Part shown: positions 1-10,224 of the stretch, in pieces
Numbering within the stretch: position 1 is the stretch's first letter
How the letters are laid out: every line of letters begins with the position of its first letter
From: an uncultured bacterium
Lineage (GTDB): Bacteria; Hydrogenedentota; Hydrogenedentia; Hydrogenedentales; JAEUWI01
Assembly (NCBI GenBank): GCA_963977445.1
Contig: CAXBPH010000001.1
Coordinates: forward strand, 1 to 64,000
DNA: 64,000 bases
Direction of reading: 5' to 3'
Program-made: the position numbers and the translations under genes
The notes under the pieces: model-generated
The model's input: only the letters and a program-made list of their open reading frames with translations
Told to the model about the DNA's origin: nothing
The model's database searches: none

Positions 1-393
1 CGCCATCCGGTACCACCGTCTCAACCCACACACCCGGTCATATCCGACCATCTCGTTACCGTCCCTGCCCCTCGTTGCGGGATCCCGCGGCACGGATAGT
101 CCGACCGGCCTTCTGGAATCGGTGAAGAGCACTTCATTCGTGCCGCGGGATCCGGCATCGTCGATTCGCAGGCGTGCGTTGTGCATAGCCGATAGCCCGA
201 AGTCGTAGTTTCCACTCTGAGACCTCACGGACGGTTCGTGCGTGGGGCCCCCCGATGGCCGACGTTTGCCCTGGTCCATCCCGTACCCACGCACGAACCC
301 GCCATCCGGTACCACCGTCTCAACCCACACACCCGGTCATATCCGACCATCTCGCTACCGTCCCTGCCCCCCGTTGCGGGATCCCGCAGCACG
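1..393. repeat. REP/BIME-like mosaic: ~94-bp direct repeat plus two inverted-repeat pairs
   Basis: 1-94 is nearly identical to 300-393. Perfect 15-bp inverted repeat ggatcccgcggcacg (80-94) / cgtgccgcgggatcc (139-153). Perfect 14-bp inverted repeat ggttcgtgcgtggg (233-246) / cccacgcacgaacc (286-299). Confidence 0.8.
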
Positions 394-605
394 TCTGCTT
401 TTCCAGGCGAAGCCCGGAACGTGTGAAGAAGAAATATATAGTTGGTGGAAATACCCTTCGCCATCCCCCCATTGCCCCATGCCCCCCCTATCCCTCATAC
501 TGAAACCAAGTCTGGTCATGGACGGCACACCGTTCGACCCGTTCCAGACCCAAATCGTTTTCATTTTTCGTTCATCGAGCCAGGAACCCAATATTGGAGT
601 CCCCC

Positions 606-2030
606 ATGAAAGCACGTTCATTTTTTTCAATCGGTCTATCCCTCGCCCTCGCCCCCACCGCCGCCTTTGGCCAGGACGCCCCCGACGCACCGGCTCTCTA
701 TCAGCAATACTGCGCCCAGTGCCATGGCGCCACCCTGCAAGGAGGCAATGGCCAAAGCCTGGTGGACGGCATCTGGAATTTCGGTGGTGGCGGCAGTTCG
801 ATTCGCCGGAATATCAAACACGGCATCACCCACCTGGGTATGCCTGCCTATGAAACGGCCTTGGACGACGACCAGATTCGCTCCCTCACCGACTATATCC
901 TCAATGCGGAAAAAGAGGGCGGCGCGGAACGGCCTCCCGTGCCCACGGAGGTGCAGACCCACGACTACAATGTGGCCGTGGAAAAATGGGTAGAAAATCT
1001 GGAAATCCCCTGGAGCATCGCCTTCCTCGACAACGACACCGCCCTCATCACGGAACGTCCCGGCCGCCTGCGCCTGGTGAAGGGTGGCAAACTCGACGAA
1101 AAGCCCATTGCCAACACGCCCGACGTGCTCGCTGAGGGTCAGGGCGGTTTGCTCGATGTGGCGGTCGATCCCGACTATGCCAACAATGGCTGGATCTACC
1201 TCGCCTACAGCCATGGCCTCGACAATAAGGACGAGGACGGTAAGACGCCCTCTATGACACGCATAGTCCGGGGAAAGCTCGAGAAAGGGAAGTGGACAGC
1301 GGAATCCCCTATCTTCGAAGCGCCTAAGGACACCTACCTCGTCAGCGGCGTACACTACGGCTGCCGCATCATTTTCGACGCCGAAGGCCACCTCTATTTC
1401 TCCATCGGCGAACGGGGCTCTCAGGATCACGCCCAGGACCTCACCCGCCCCAACGGCAAGGTCCATCGGATTCACCCGGACGGCACCATTCCCACCGACA
1501 ACCCCTTTGTGAACACACCTGACGCAATTCCTTCGATTTACACCTTTGGCAACCGCAATCCCCAGGGACTCGCCTATCACGCTGCCAGCAACATGATCTG
1601 GGAGAGCGAACACGGCCCCATGGGCGGCGATGAGCTGAACACCATACGACCGGGTAAAAACTATGGGTGGCCCGTCATCACCTATGGCCGGAATTATGAT
1701 GGTAAACCCGTGAGCGATATCACGCGAAACGAAGGCATGGAGCAACCATCCTACTACTGGCGTCCTTCCATTGCGCTGTGCGGCCTGGATGTCTACACGG
1801 GAAGCCAATTCCCCAAGTGGACCAATGCCCTCCTCGTTGGTGCCCTCCGCTATGAGTCGGTGGCGGTCCTTCAAATCGAAGACAACCGGGTCATGCACGA
1901 AGAAGTTATCCTGAAAAACGCCGGACGGGTCCGCGATGTCTCCGCCGGCCCCGATGGTGCCATCTATGTTGTCACCAACAGTCCCGATGCCGTGCTCCGG
2001 CTCACGGCGAACGGTGAGCGCAGCTACTGA
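606..2030 (+). CDS. PQQ-dependent sugar dehydrogenase (GSDH/YliI-like) with N-terminal cytochrome c domain
   Basis: Signal peptide; CAQCH heme motif; PWSIAF, GQGGLLDV, GNRNPQG, EHGPMGGDELN, GKNYGWP and GRVRDV motifs; GGAG RBS before ATG at 606. Confidence 0.9.
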   Translation: MKARSFFSIGLSLALAPTAAFGQDAPDAPALYQQYCAQCHGATLQGGNGQSLVDGIWNFGGGGSSIRRNIKHGITHLGMPAYETALDDDQIRSLTDYILNAEKEGGAERPPVPTEVQTHDYNVAVEKWVENLEIPWSIAFLDNDTALITERPGRLRLVKGGKLDEKPIANTPDVLAEGQGGLLDVAVDPDYANNGWIYLAYSHGLDNKDEDGKTPSMTRIVRGKLEKGKWTAESPIFEAPKDTYLVSGVHYGCRIIFDAEGHLYFSIGERGSQDHAQDLTRPNGKVHRIHPDGTIPTDNPFVNTPDAIPSIYTFGNRNPQGLAYHAASNMIWESEHGPMGGDELNTIRPGKNYGWPVITYGRNYDGKPVSDITRNEGMEQPSYYWRPSIALCGLDVYTGSQFPKWTNALLVGALRYESVAVLQIEDNRVMHEEVILKNAGRVRDVSAGPDGAIYVVTNSPDAVLRLTANGERSY

Positions 2031-2217
2031 GCCCAACGCCCATGCATTTATCCCGTGCCACCGCAAGGAAATCTTGACCTCACGCGGTCCCATGCCGCAA
2101 ACTGCGTGGCGCAGCATCGTGCACGCGGTCGGAATCTATATTCCCCGTTTACATTTCGCGGAACGCTCTCAGTAGCCCGCGCAGGTCACCGCTCGACGGA
2201 GAAAAAAGGAAACGCAC

Positions 2218-3249
2218 ATGTCACTGATAGATCGACTGAACTCATTGATGGGTAAAGGGGAGGGGCACGCTGACGAAACTACAGCCCCCCCCACCCCTGA
2301 AGACACCTCGGAAATCATAGTCGATGATCCGGATATGGAAGACGACGAAGACGAAGACGACATCAACGACGTCCCCGAAGCCCCGGGCGCCCACGTCGTA
2401 ACCCTGCACGAATGCGCCGCAACCCCGGGCTCCGCCCAACGCTGCCACGAATTATTGGAAAACGGTGCCGACCCCTTGAAGCAGGACGCCGAAGGTCGGA
2501 GTGCCCTCCATGTGGCCGCCATACACGGCAACGTCGAAATCCTGGAGCAACTGCGCGAGCACGTCATTTCCGTCGACCCCTTTGACATCCACCGCCTCTC
2601 CCCCCTCATCAGCGCCATTCGTGCCGAGCAAGACGGCGCCGTCCAATTGCTCATCAAGCAAGGGGCCAAGCTCACCCTCAACGTGGCCTTTGCCCTGGGG
2701 GATCTTCACCTCATCAACCGGATCTTCAGCGAAGATAAAGAGGCCTTCAAACACTGCAAGGCCCCCGATGAACTCATGACCGACCTGACGACGGCCATCC
2801 GCCGGGAATGCGACAAGAAAATCACGGAAAACGGCGCCGCCAATGAAGCGGCCAAGATAACCATCGAAGAGACCGTTATCGAGCGCTACGTACCCACGAT
2901 CGAGCGTGTCGTCGATATGGGGTGCCACCCCGACACCTTCGAGTCCGCCCCATACCCCGCCCTCTTCCAGGCCGTCCAATTTCGGAGTCCACGCCTCGCA
3001 GCAACCTTGCTCAGGCACGACGCCAATCCCGATTTCGAAGCAGACGACGGCAAAACACCCTTGGGTGTGGCAACAGCAAAAAGGCCCGCGATGCAGGCCC
3101 TGCTCAAGGAACACGGTGCGGAAGAATACGGCGGGCAACCCCACGAATCAACCCGGCCAAAAAAAGAAGACGACGGCCCCGGCGTCTCTGTGCCCACGAT
3201 AAAAACGAATCACCCCAGCCCCTCGGAACTGAAATCGCGCCGCAAATAA
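2218..3249 (+). CDS. Ankyrin repeat protein with acidic N-terminus
   Basis: GRSALHVAAIHGNVEIL, SPLISAI, YPALFQAV and DGKTPL ankyrin-like motifs. Confidence 0.8.
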   Translation: MSLIDRLNSLMGKGEGHADETTAPPTPEDTSEIIVDDPDMEDDEDEDDINDVPEAPGAHVVTLHECAATPGSAQRCHELLENGADPLKQDAEGRSALHVAAIHGNVEILEQLREHVISVDPFDIHRLSPLISAIRAEQDGAVQLLIKQGAKLTLNVAFALGDLHLINRIFSEDKEAFKHCKAPDELMTDLTTAIRRECDKKITENGAANEAAKITIEETVIERYVPTIERVVDMGCHPDTFESAPYPALFQAVQFRSPRLAATLLRHDANPDFEADDGKTPLGVATAKRPAMQALLKEHGAEEYGGQPHESTRPKKEDDGPGVSVPTIKTNHPSPSELKSRRK

Positions 3250-3337
3250 TTTCCCCGCGAGTTCCCTGGAAAACGATTGGAAGGCCGCCCAGTTTAGATC
3301 AGGGCTGCACGCCATCGCGGGTGCAGCCCCTCGGCCA

Positions 3338-3670
3338 TCAGGGAAAATACGAGCAGATGTATTCCGTGATGCCCGATTCAATTTCGATATCGAAAGCCGA
3401 ATGGGCGGGCACGTCGAAAGCGCTGCCTGCGCCATAGGTCGTGGGCCCATCTTCGCCCGCGAGCTTCACGTTACACGACCCCGCAACAATCTCCATCCGC
3501 TCCGCCGCTTCTGTGTTGAAGGTATAGGCACCGGCATAGAGCAGGCCCAACGTCTTCTTCGTGCCGTCGGGAAATATAACCACATGGCTCAACACCTTGC
3601 CGTCATAATAAATATTGGCCTTACAAAGCACACTCACACCATCAAACTGACTGGGAACCTGTTCTGACAT
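3338..3670 (-). CDS. ppnP: Pyrimidine/purine nucleoside phosphorylase (DUF1255)
   Basis: KANIYYDGKV...KKTLG...YTFNT.AAERMEI...FDVPAHS.F...EYICSY; start chosen at MSEQVP behind an AAGGA RBS. Confidence 0.9.
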   Translation of the reverse strand: MSEQVPSQFDGVSVLCKANIYYDGKVLSHVVIFPDGTKKTLGLLYAGAYTFNTEAAERMEIVAGSCNVKLAGEDGPTTYGAGSAFDVPAHSAFDIEIESGITEYICSYFP

Positions 3671-4192
3671 CTGTTTTTCCTTCATTCTTGCAGGGAATGC
3701 TGATTCGTTGGCCCCCATTCATCCACAAAATCGGCCAACAACCTGAGGGGGCAAGTCATTGGCCTGGAATCAAAAGTTTGCGCGCCTGAAAACATTCGAA
3801 GCGGGCGCTCTTACTTCGAAGGCTATTCTAGCCGATAGGCGGGCGCTGCATGGCAACGTTGCTCACTGTATTCGTTGCCGAACGGAGAAGGCCCAACGAA
3901 TCGCGATAATTGAGCGGTGATTGTTACAGAATGGCTGCATTGATGGCAAACCGAAGCCCCCTATCACAGGAAAGCAAAGATTCCGATTCGACTACGTCTA
4001 ATGGTCGCTTCGTTTTCCCACGGAGGCACCGCGCCCCCGTTTAAACCCATGTCGTCAGTCCCTGTTTCCCCAACATCACGAAGCTCGTCATTCTCCGTCG
4101 CACACAGGTATTTTCCACCAGGGATTCCCATTGAGGCGGGCACGTACACGAGCTCGAATTGATGGACTCCTGATTTATCGATGCCAATCCAA

Positions 4193-4410
4193 TGGTGCCA
4201 CCCGATCCCGCGCTGAGTACGGCGTAGACGTACTCAGCGCGGGTTCGGGTGCCTTGACCCAAGCCAATGTCAAAAAAAGTGGGTACGACCGTAGCTCGGT
4301 TCTCTCGAAAAAACACAGTGAGACAAGGCCAACGCCAGGTCATCCACTAAACCACCCCAAAATCGACGCCCAAGGCACCCGAACCGGGAATACCGGATCG
4401 GGTGGCACCA
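4193..4410. repeat. Inverted REP-like doublet
   Basis: Unit tggtgccacccgatcc-[variable insert]-ggttcgggtgccttg at 4193-4256 and its reverse complement at 4371-4410. Confidence 0.75.
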
Positions 4411-4614
4411 CGGAGTCATTACAATTCAGCAACGGAGAGACGAGGTCTACAACGAGTGCTCTTAAAGCGCGCACACTCCCCGTCCCACTTGATCCGCTCG
4501 GCCCATTCTGTTTAACTGCTCTTCGCCCGAATTCCTATCTCCGGGCGGAACGCACCCGCCACCCATCGCCAGAAACTCACGGTAGCCGTCCCCGATGACG
4601 CCCCAAGGTAGTCC

Positions 4615-5868
4615 ATGCTCAAACCCCATCACCGAATGTACCTGACCGCTTTCTTCATGGATTCCTCCGTCATGGTCATGTTTGCCACCGCACCCTTTTT
4701 CGTTTTCACCCAAATCGGTGGCGACGAAACCATGGCCGGGGCCGTCGGGGCCATTCAGATGATCGCCTACGCCCTGAGCTGCCTTATCAGCGCCCGTTTC
4801 GTGGCCCAGACGGAAAACGGCCTGCGGTGGGCCTTCCTCGGGGTCATCCTGTTTATCTTTTTCTCCTGCCTCATGCCCCTCCGCCCCACCTTCCCCTTTT
4901 GTGCCACCATTTCCTTCCTCGCCTTCGCTGCACTGGGTCTGGTCTGGCCCGCCTTACAATCCTGGATTGGCGCAGAACCCGACGCGGCGCGACGTGCGCA
5001 ACACATGGCGATTTTCAGCATTTCTGCCGGCTGCGGCTTTGCCCTCAGTCCCCTCCTCGGCGGCCCTCTCTTCGACCTCGACTACCGATTGCCCTTTATT
5101 GCGGTGGCCCTCCTGGGCGTGGCCATTCTCACGCTCATTCGTACATTGCCCCACGAAAAAGAACATTTCATCGACAATCCGGTTCCAGTAGACGACGAAA
5201 GCGATAGCACCGCGGCGGATGGCCGTAACTGGACCAGCCTCCTTGCCGCCTGGAACGCCCTCTTCGTCCTCAATGTCCTCGTCGGGGCGACCCGTTCCAT
5301 TTATCCGAAGCGGGTGATGGACCTCCTCGCCGCCGGCGAACTCCGGGTTCTCTTCGAAAGCGGCTCCTCTCCCCTGTTAAATCAGGGACCCGCCACGACC
5401 TTCTCCTGGCTCGTTTCTACCCTCTGGATCGCCACCGCCGTGTGTTATCTCCTCCTGGGACGCTGGCCACTCTGGCCCCATCAGATGCGCCTCCTCCTTG
5501 GCCTGCAGGTCCTGGCCGGTGGCGCTTCCTGGTTACTGGGTAACACCCAGAGCCTCCTGATCATGCTGGTGTGTTTTGCTATCGTCGGCGTGAGTTGCGG
5601 TGTTTCCTTTTTTGTCGCCATGACCTATAGCCTTGCCGATCCCCGCCATAAACACCGGCGGGCAGCAACGACCGAGGGTATCCTCGGGGTCGGTGGCTTT
5701 GCCGGGAGCATTGGCTTTGGCTACCTCGCTGGACGCTACGAGGTGGTAACGCCATTCCTCTACACCCCTATCCTCATCATCGTTGGCCTGGCCATCCAGG
5801 TGTGGCTTCTACGCCGGGTTCCCCTCGCCACTCCACCCACGCCCATAGAATCCCACCCCGTTCACTGA
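4615..5868 (+). CDS. MFS transporter
   Basis: About 12 hydrophobic segments in two halves separated by a hydrophilic central loop; GFALSPLLGG motif. Confidence 0.8.
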   Translation: MLKPHHRMYLTAFFMDSSVMVMFATAPFFVFTQIGGDETMAGAVGAIQMIAYALSCLISARFVAQTENGLRWAFLGVILFIFFSCLMPLRPTFPFCATISFLAFAALGLVWPALQSWIGAEPDAARRAQHMAIFSISAGCGFALSPLLGGPLFDLDYRLPFIAVALLGVAILTLIRTLPHEKEHFIDNPVPVDDESDSTAADGRNWTSLLAAWNALFVLNVLVGATRSIYPKRVMDLLAAGELRVLFESGSSPLLNQGPATTFSWLVSTLWIATAVCYLLLGRWPLWPHQMRLLLGLQVLAGGASWLLGNTQSLLIMLVCFAIVGVSCGVSFFVAMTYSLADPRHKHRRAATTEGILGVGGFAGSIGFGYLAGRYEVVTPFLYTPILIIVGLAIQVWLLRRVPLATPPTPIESHPVH

Positions 5869-5874
5869 CCCCGA

Positions 5875-6870
5875 TTACTTCTTCGCTTTGGCGTAGAGCC
5901 GACGATATTCCGAAGGGGCCGTGCCCTGATACTTCTTGAAGAGGTGGGTAAAGTGGGCCGAGTCGCAGTAGCCCAGCTCATAGGCCACTTCGGTAATAGA
6001 TTTTTCCAAATCAATCAGAAGGCGACAGGCATGCTGGACCCGGCGTCGCTGGTAATACACCATGGGCGACCAGCCCGTAGACTTTTGAAATTGCTGCGAT
6101 AAACTCGCTGGGGAAACCTCCAACGCTTCCGCCAGCGCGGAAACCCGAAAGGGTGCCCGACGCAGAATAAGCCCCTCTATATGCTCCAGCCCGGCGACCA
6201 CGTCTTTACGGAATTGCAGGCTCAATTCCACAGGCGACTCCCGCACCGCAGCACGACTCAGCAGGATGAGTATCTTCAACAGGCAAGAGCGCAAATAGAT
6301 GAGGGACTCCTGCCCCTGACTCGATTCCTGCGTGATGTTGGACAACTCATGATCCACATTACGCAGCTCCGCCTCGTTTAAGGTGAACTGGGGTATGGGG
6401 CCCACGTGCGTGCGGCGAAAGAGTACGGCCGCGAGAAAAAGGGGCACGAAGGCGGCCTCTTTCCAGTGGTTCATCAGGTCGTCGGCCAGCCCCTCGGTCA
6501 GATAGTAGAGATTGGTCTGATGGAGGTCCGGGGAGCTGTCGATGGCGTGGACCATGCCCGGTGCCATGACCACAACCGTGCCGGGCCCGAGCGAATCGGT
6601 TGAAAATTCCGTGCTGTGTCGCGCGATGCCTTGCCGAATGATGCATATCTCAAAATGAGCGTGATCGTGGGGTCGGTTGTCCTGCTTGTACAACGAAACG
6701 ATGGAGCCATAGTGCCCCCCCGGATAGCCTTTGTCGCCGGGAAAGAGGTCTTCTCGCGTGCCCCCGATGCCCGCCGCCCAGGAACCCACATGGACAGGCT
6801 TCGCCGCGCTTACCCCCACCCGGTGGAGGGTCGACGTGTAGACCGCTTTCAATGGCTCAGATGAATTCAT
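5875..6870 (-). CDS. AraC family transcriptional regulator with cupin sensing domain
   Basis: PHDHAHFEI cupin motif; C-terminal SITEVAYELGYCDSAHFTHLFKKYQGTAPSEYR; start approximate. Confidence 0.9.
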   Translation of the reverse strand: MNSSEPLKAVYTSTLHRVGVSAAKPVHVGSWAAGIGGTREDLFPGDKGYPGGHYGSIVSLYKQDNRPHDHAHFEICIIRQGIARHSTEFSTDSLGPGTVVVMAPGMVHAIDSSPDLHQTNLYYLTEGLADDLMNHWKEAAFVPLFLAAVLFRRTHVGPIPQFTLNEAELRNVDHELSNITQESSQGQESLIYLRSCLLKILILLSRAAVRESPVELSLQFRKDVVAGLEHIEGLILRRAPFRVSALAEALEVSPASLSQQFQKSTGWSPMVYYQRRRVQHACRLLIDLEKSITEVAYELGYCDSAHFTHLFKKYQGTAPSEYRRLYAKAKK

Positions 6871-7091
6871 ACAAAGAACCTCGCAAAAACGCACAATACC
6901 TATTTCGTCCATCATAGCATAATGGCAGGGCATGTGGCGGTTTCGCCCGCCAATCTTTCAGCGGGTCGAGCCACGTAACATACAAAATGGATTTAGCGCA
7001 TTATCCGGTTTTTCCTCAGGAAAACACAGGCACAGGGCTGACACCCTTACCGATTTTACCATCGCGAACATCAACCCATTTGGAGACTATC

Positions 7092-8258
7092 ATGGGCTAT
7101 TTAACAACACAGGAACGGGACGTACGGCTGGAAAAAGTTCGGGCGATTATGGCCGCCAAGGACCTCGACATCGCCCTGGTCTACTACGACGAATTTAACA
7201 TCGGCAACGGTTGGTACCTCACCGGATGGTGTCCCCAGTTTGAAATCGGCACCGTCCTCATCCCCCGGACCGGTGAACCCATTTTGCTCGGCGGCCCCGA
7301 AAGCGAACCCTTCGCCAAGCTCGACAGCGCCATCACCGAAATACGCAACTTCTCCGTCTTCATGGTTCCCGACGAGGAATACCCCAATGCGGTCATTACG
7401 GACTTTCCGGCACTTTTTGCTGAACTGAAAGAAACCCTGGGCGACGTAACCCGCGTGGGGATGGTCGGCGGTGGCCGTATGCCCGCCGAATGTTTCGCTC
7501 AAATCGAAGCGGGCTTCGAAGGCACCACCCTCGTCGATATTACCGAAGAATTCGTCGCCTTGCGCTTCAACAAATCCGCCTGGGAGCTGGAACAGATTCG
7601 CGCCGCCTTCGCCCTGGCCGACCACTCTTTCGATGCCATGAAAGCAAAGATTGCTCCCGGCGTCTCCGAGATCGAAGTGGCTGCCGCTGGCGAATATGCC
7701 GCACGAAGCCGTGGCGCAACGGGCTTTGGCTTCACCGCCATTGTGGGCTCGGGCCCCCGGGCGAAAGCAGTCGTGCCCACGGCCACCAGCCGGGTCATGG
7801 AAGCGGGCGAACTGGTCATGATTGGCCTCGCCCCCAAAGTAAATGGCTACGCAGGCGTCATGGGTGATCTCCTGCCCGTCTCCGGCACCTACACCGCCGA
7901 CCAGGAGGAATGCCTCAACCACCTGAAGGAAGTCTTCCGCATGACGAAGGCCCTCCTGAAACCAGGCGTCACCGGCAAAGAAATCGACGTGCCCGGACGG
8001 ACCTACTATGAAAAGCACGGGTTGATGCCCTATCTCGTCTGTCCCTTCGCCCACACGATCGGTCTCCACGAAGCAGAGTCCCCCTTCTTCGGCCCCGGCA
8101 GTGAAGATGTGCTGAAAGTCGGCATGGCCGTCTGTGTAGATGTCAGTTTCTTCGGCCACCCCCGTTGGCATGGTGCCCGCATCGAAACGGGCTATGAAAT
8201 CACCGAAAATGGCCCCGTGCCCTTCAGTCCCAAGATGGACGCCTACCTGCTGGGCTAA
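7092..8258 (+). CDS. M24/creatinase-fold hydrolase (Xaa-Pro peptidase-like, atypical metal site)
   Basis: Creatinase_N-like start, KSAWELEQIR, PGVSEIEV, AHTIGL and GARIE motifs; GGAGA RBS. Confidence 0.85.
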   Translation: MGYLTTQERDVRLEKVRAIMAAKDLDIALVYYDEFNIGNGWYLTGWCPQFEIGTVLIPRTGEPILLGGPESEPFAKLDSAITEIRNFSVFMVPDEEYPNAVITDFPALFAELKETLGDVTRVGMVGGGRMPAECFAQIEAGFEGTTLVDITEEFVALRFNKSAWELEQIRAAFALADHSFDAMKAKIAPGVSEIEVAAAGEYAARSRGATGFGFTAIVGSGPRAKAVVPTATSRVMEAGELVMIGLAPKVNGYAGVMGDLLPVSGTYTADQEECLNHLKEVFRMTKALLKPGVTGKEIDVPGRTYYEKHGLMPYLVCPFAHTIGLHEAESPFFGPGSEDVLKVGMAVCVDVSFFGHPRWHGARIETGYEITENGPVPFSPKMDAYLLG

Positions 8259-8464
8259 GAGACCGCCAATACAGACCACGCCTCCCCCGGTGCCAACGAC
8301 GCGCCGGGGGAGCCTTTCAAGACCTCGGACCCCTACGCAAAAAGTCCGACAAGCATTCCAACTTCGACCAAAATTTGACGACGACCTGTGATTCAATTAA
8401 TCTAGGTCAACCCAATCGATGCGGTCTCGACGAAGACCATGCGCACAACCCTCGGAAGGATTCT

Positions 8465-10057
8465 ATGGAACACCTAGATGCGATTGTCCAAGGAACCAAT
8501 TTTTCAGGATTCGACTGGGGCATAGTTGTCCTCTATCTGGTCATTTCCGTCGCCATCGGAATCGTCGCCAACCGCTATATCGGCAACATGACCGACTACG
8601 TAGTCGCCGGGCGTGGGGTCAAAACAGCCCTCTCTGTTGCCACCCTCACCGGCACGGAACTCGGCCTCGTTACGGTCATGTATAACGCCCAGGTGGGTTA
8701 CGCAGGGGGATTCGCCTCCTTCCATATCGGACTTTTCGCCGGCGTCGTCACTTTCCTCGTCGGGTTGACCGGATTCATTGTGGCGGACCTGCGGCGACAC
8801 AAAGTTTTGACCATCCCCGAATACTATCGAAAGCGCTATGGTCAGGGCGTCCAGATCTACGGTGCCCTGCTCCTCGCCTTCGGCGGTATCTTCTGCATGG
8901 GCATGTATCTCAACACCGGCGCCAAGTTCATCGTCGGCATTACGGGCCTCCCCATGGATGGCACCATCCTGAAACTCGTTATGGTGGCCCTCCTGAGTCT
9001 GGTACTTTTCTACACGGTACTCGGCGGCATGGTCTCGGTCATTCTCACCGATTACGTGCAGTTTGTGGTCCTTTCCATGGGCCTCCTCGTGACCACCGCC
9101 ATGGCACTCTATTACATTTCCTGGGGCGACATCGTAAACATCGTCGTCACCGAACAGGGCGAAGCGGGATACAATCCCCTCGTCCCCGAAGGGCCCTTTG
9201 GCGCAAGTTACATGGTGTGGATGGCCTTCCTGGGCCTCGTGGTCTGTGCCGTCTGGCCGACTTCGGTAGCCCGCGCCCTGGCCTGCGACAGTGAGCGCAC
9301 CGTCAGAAACCAGTTCATGTTCGGCTCCCTCTCCTTCACCATCCGCACCATCATCCCCTTCTTCTGGGGCATTGCCGCATTCGCCATGATTATGACCGTC
9401 CCAGAACTGAAGGACGCCTTCAATCCCGGCCATGAAACGGCTGAATCTCTCGATTCACTCTTTGCCATGCCCGTCTTTCTCGGCCGCATCCTCCCCGTGG
9501 GACTCATTGGCCTGGTCACCGCCGCCATGATTGCCGCCTTTATGTCGACCCACGACAGCTACCTCCTCTGTTGGAGCACGGTGCTCACCAACGATGTGGT
9601 GGTGCCCCTGGTCGGTCGGGACCTCTCACAGAAATCCCAAATCATGATTGCACGGTTCTTCATTATTGCCATTGGGATAACCATTCTACTCATCAGCTTT
9701 TTCTTTCCCCTGAAACAACGCCTGTGGGACTTCATGGCCATGACGGGTGCCCTCTACTTCTGTGGGGCCTTTGCCCTCCTCGTCGCCGGGCTCTATTGGA
9801 AACGGGCCAGCGCCGCCGGGGCCTATGCGGCCCTTACGGCAGGCTTTTTCGCCTTCATGGGCTTTGAAGATTTTCGCAGCATTTTTCTCTACAACGTACT
9901 GCCTATCTCCGATGGGACCGCTGACTGGCTCATGGCCCAGGCGACCAGCGGCAATGTGGGCCTCACAACCGTCGCCCTGGCCTGTATCGGCATGGTCTGT
10001 GGCTCGCTCCTGCTCCCCGATAAAATCGACCGCAATCTACTGGAGGATGAAGCATGA
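8465..10057 (+). CDS. Sodium:solute symporter (SSS) family
   Basis: DYVVAGR, TIPEY, YTVLGGMVSVILTDYVQF and AAFMST.DS motifs; many TM helices. Confidence 0.92.
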   Translation: MEHLDAIVQGTNFSGFDWGIVVLYLVISVAIGIVANRYIGNMTDYVVAGRGVKTALSVATLTGTELGLVTVMYNAQVGYAGGFASFHIGLFAGVVTFLVGLTGFIVADLRRHKVLTIPEYYRKRYGQGVQIYGALLLAFGGIFCMGMYLNTGAKFIVGITGLPMDGTILKLVMVALLSLVLFYTVLGGMVSVILTDYVQFVVLSMGLLVTTAMALYYISWGDIVNIVVTEQGEAGYNPLVPEGPFGASYMVWMAFLGLVVCAVWPTSVARALACDSERTVRNQFMFGSLSFTIRTIIPFFWGIAAFAMIMTVPELKDAFNPGHETAESLDSLFAMPVFLGRILPVGLIGLVTAAMIAAFMSTHDSYLLCWSTVLTNDVVVPLVGRDLSQKSQIMIARFFIIAIGITILLISFFFPLKQRLWDFMAMTGALYFCGAFALLVAGLYWKRASAAGAYAALTAGFFAFMGFEDFRSIFLYNVLPISDGTADWLMAQATSGNVGLTTVALACIGMVCGSLLLPDKIDRNLLEDEA

Positions 10058-10218
10058 GTGCATGGATGGGCTTGTGGAAGTGGCTTTTAATTCTCAGTGT
10101 AGGCGGATTCGCCACCATGGCCGTCTGGGTTACCTTTCAGGGTGCCCGCGACATTAAATCCCTGTTGATCTCGCTACGCGAAGGTCACGATACAAACGAA
10201 GATACCTCAAAGGAGTAA
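10054..10218 (+). CDS. 54-aa single-TM protein, probable symporter accessory subunit (absent from ORF track)
   Basis: ATGA overlap with the SSS stop codon and a GGAGG RBS; MSAWMGLWKWLLILSVGGFATMAVWVTFQGARDIKSLLISLREGHDTNEDTSKE; ends 6 bp before the next ATG. Confidence 0.8.
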   Translation: MSAWMGLWKWLLILSVGGFATMAVWVTFQGARDIKSLLISLREGHDTNEDTSKE

Positions 10219-10224
10219 CCCACT

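Noticed and set aside
1..393. CRISPR array
   Set aside because: Only two long (~94 bp) copies with a 299-bp period; no short repeat-spacer periodicity and no cas genes.
636..2117. Long antisense ORFs (this one, and e.g. 7101-8396, 30962-31975, 39190-40287, 43345-44421, 49820-50881)
   Set aside because: Shadow frames of well-supported genes on the opposite strand, expected in GC-rich DNA; no recognisable motifs.
3720..4190. Small ORFs or an ncRNA upstream of ppnP
   Set aside because: No convincing RBS, protein motif or recognisable RNA family.
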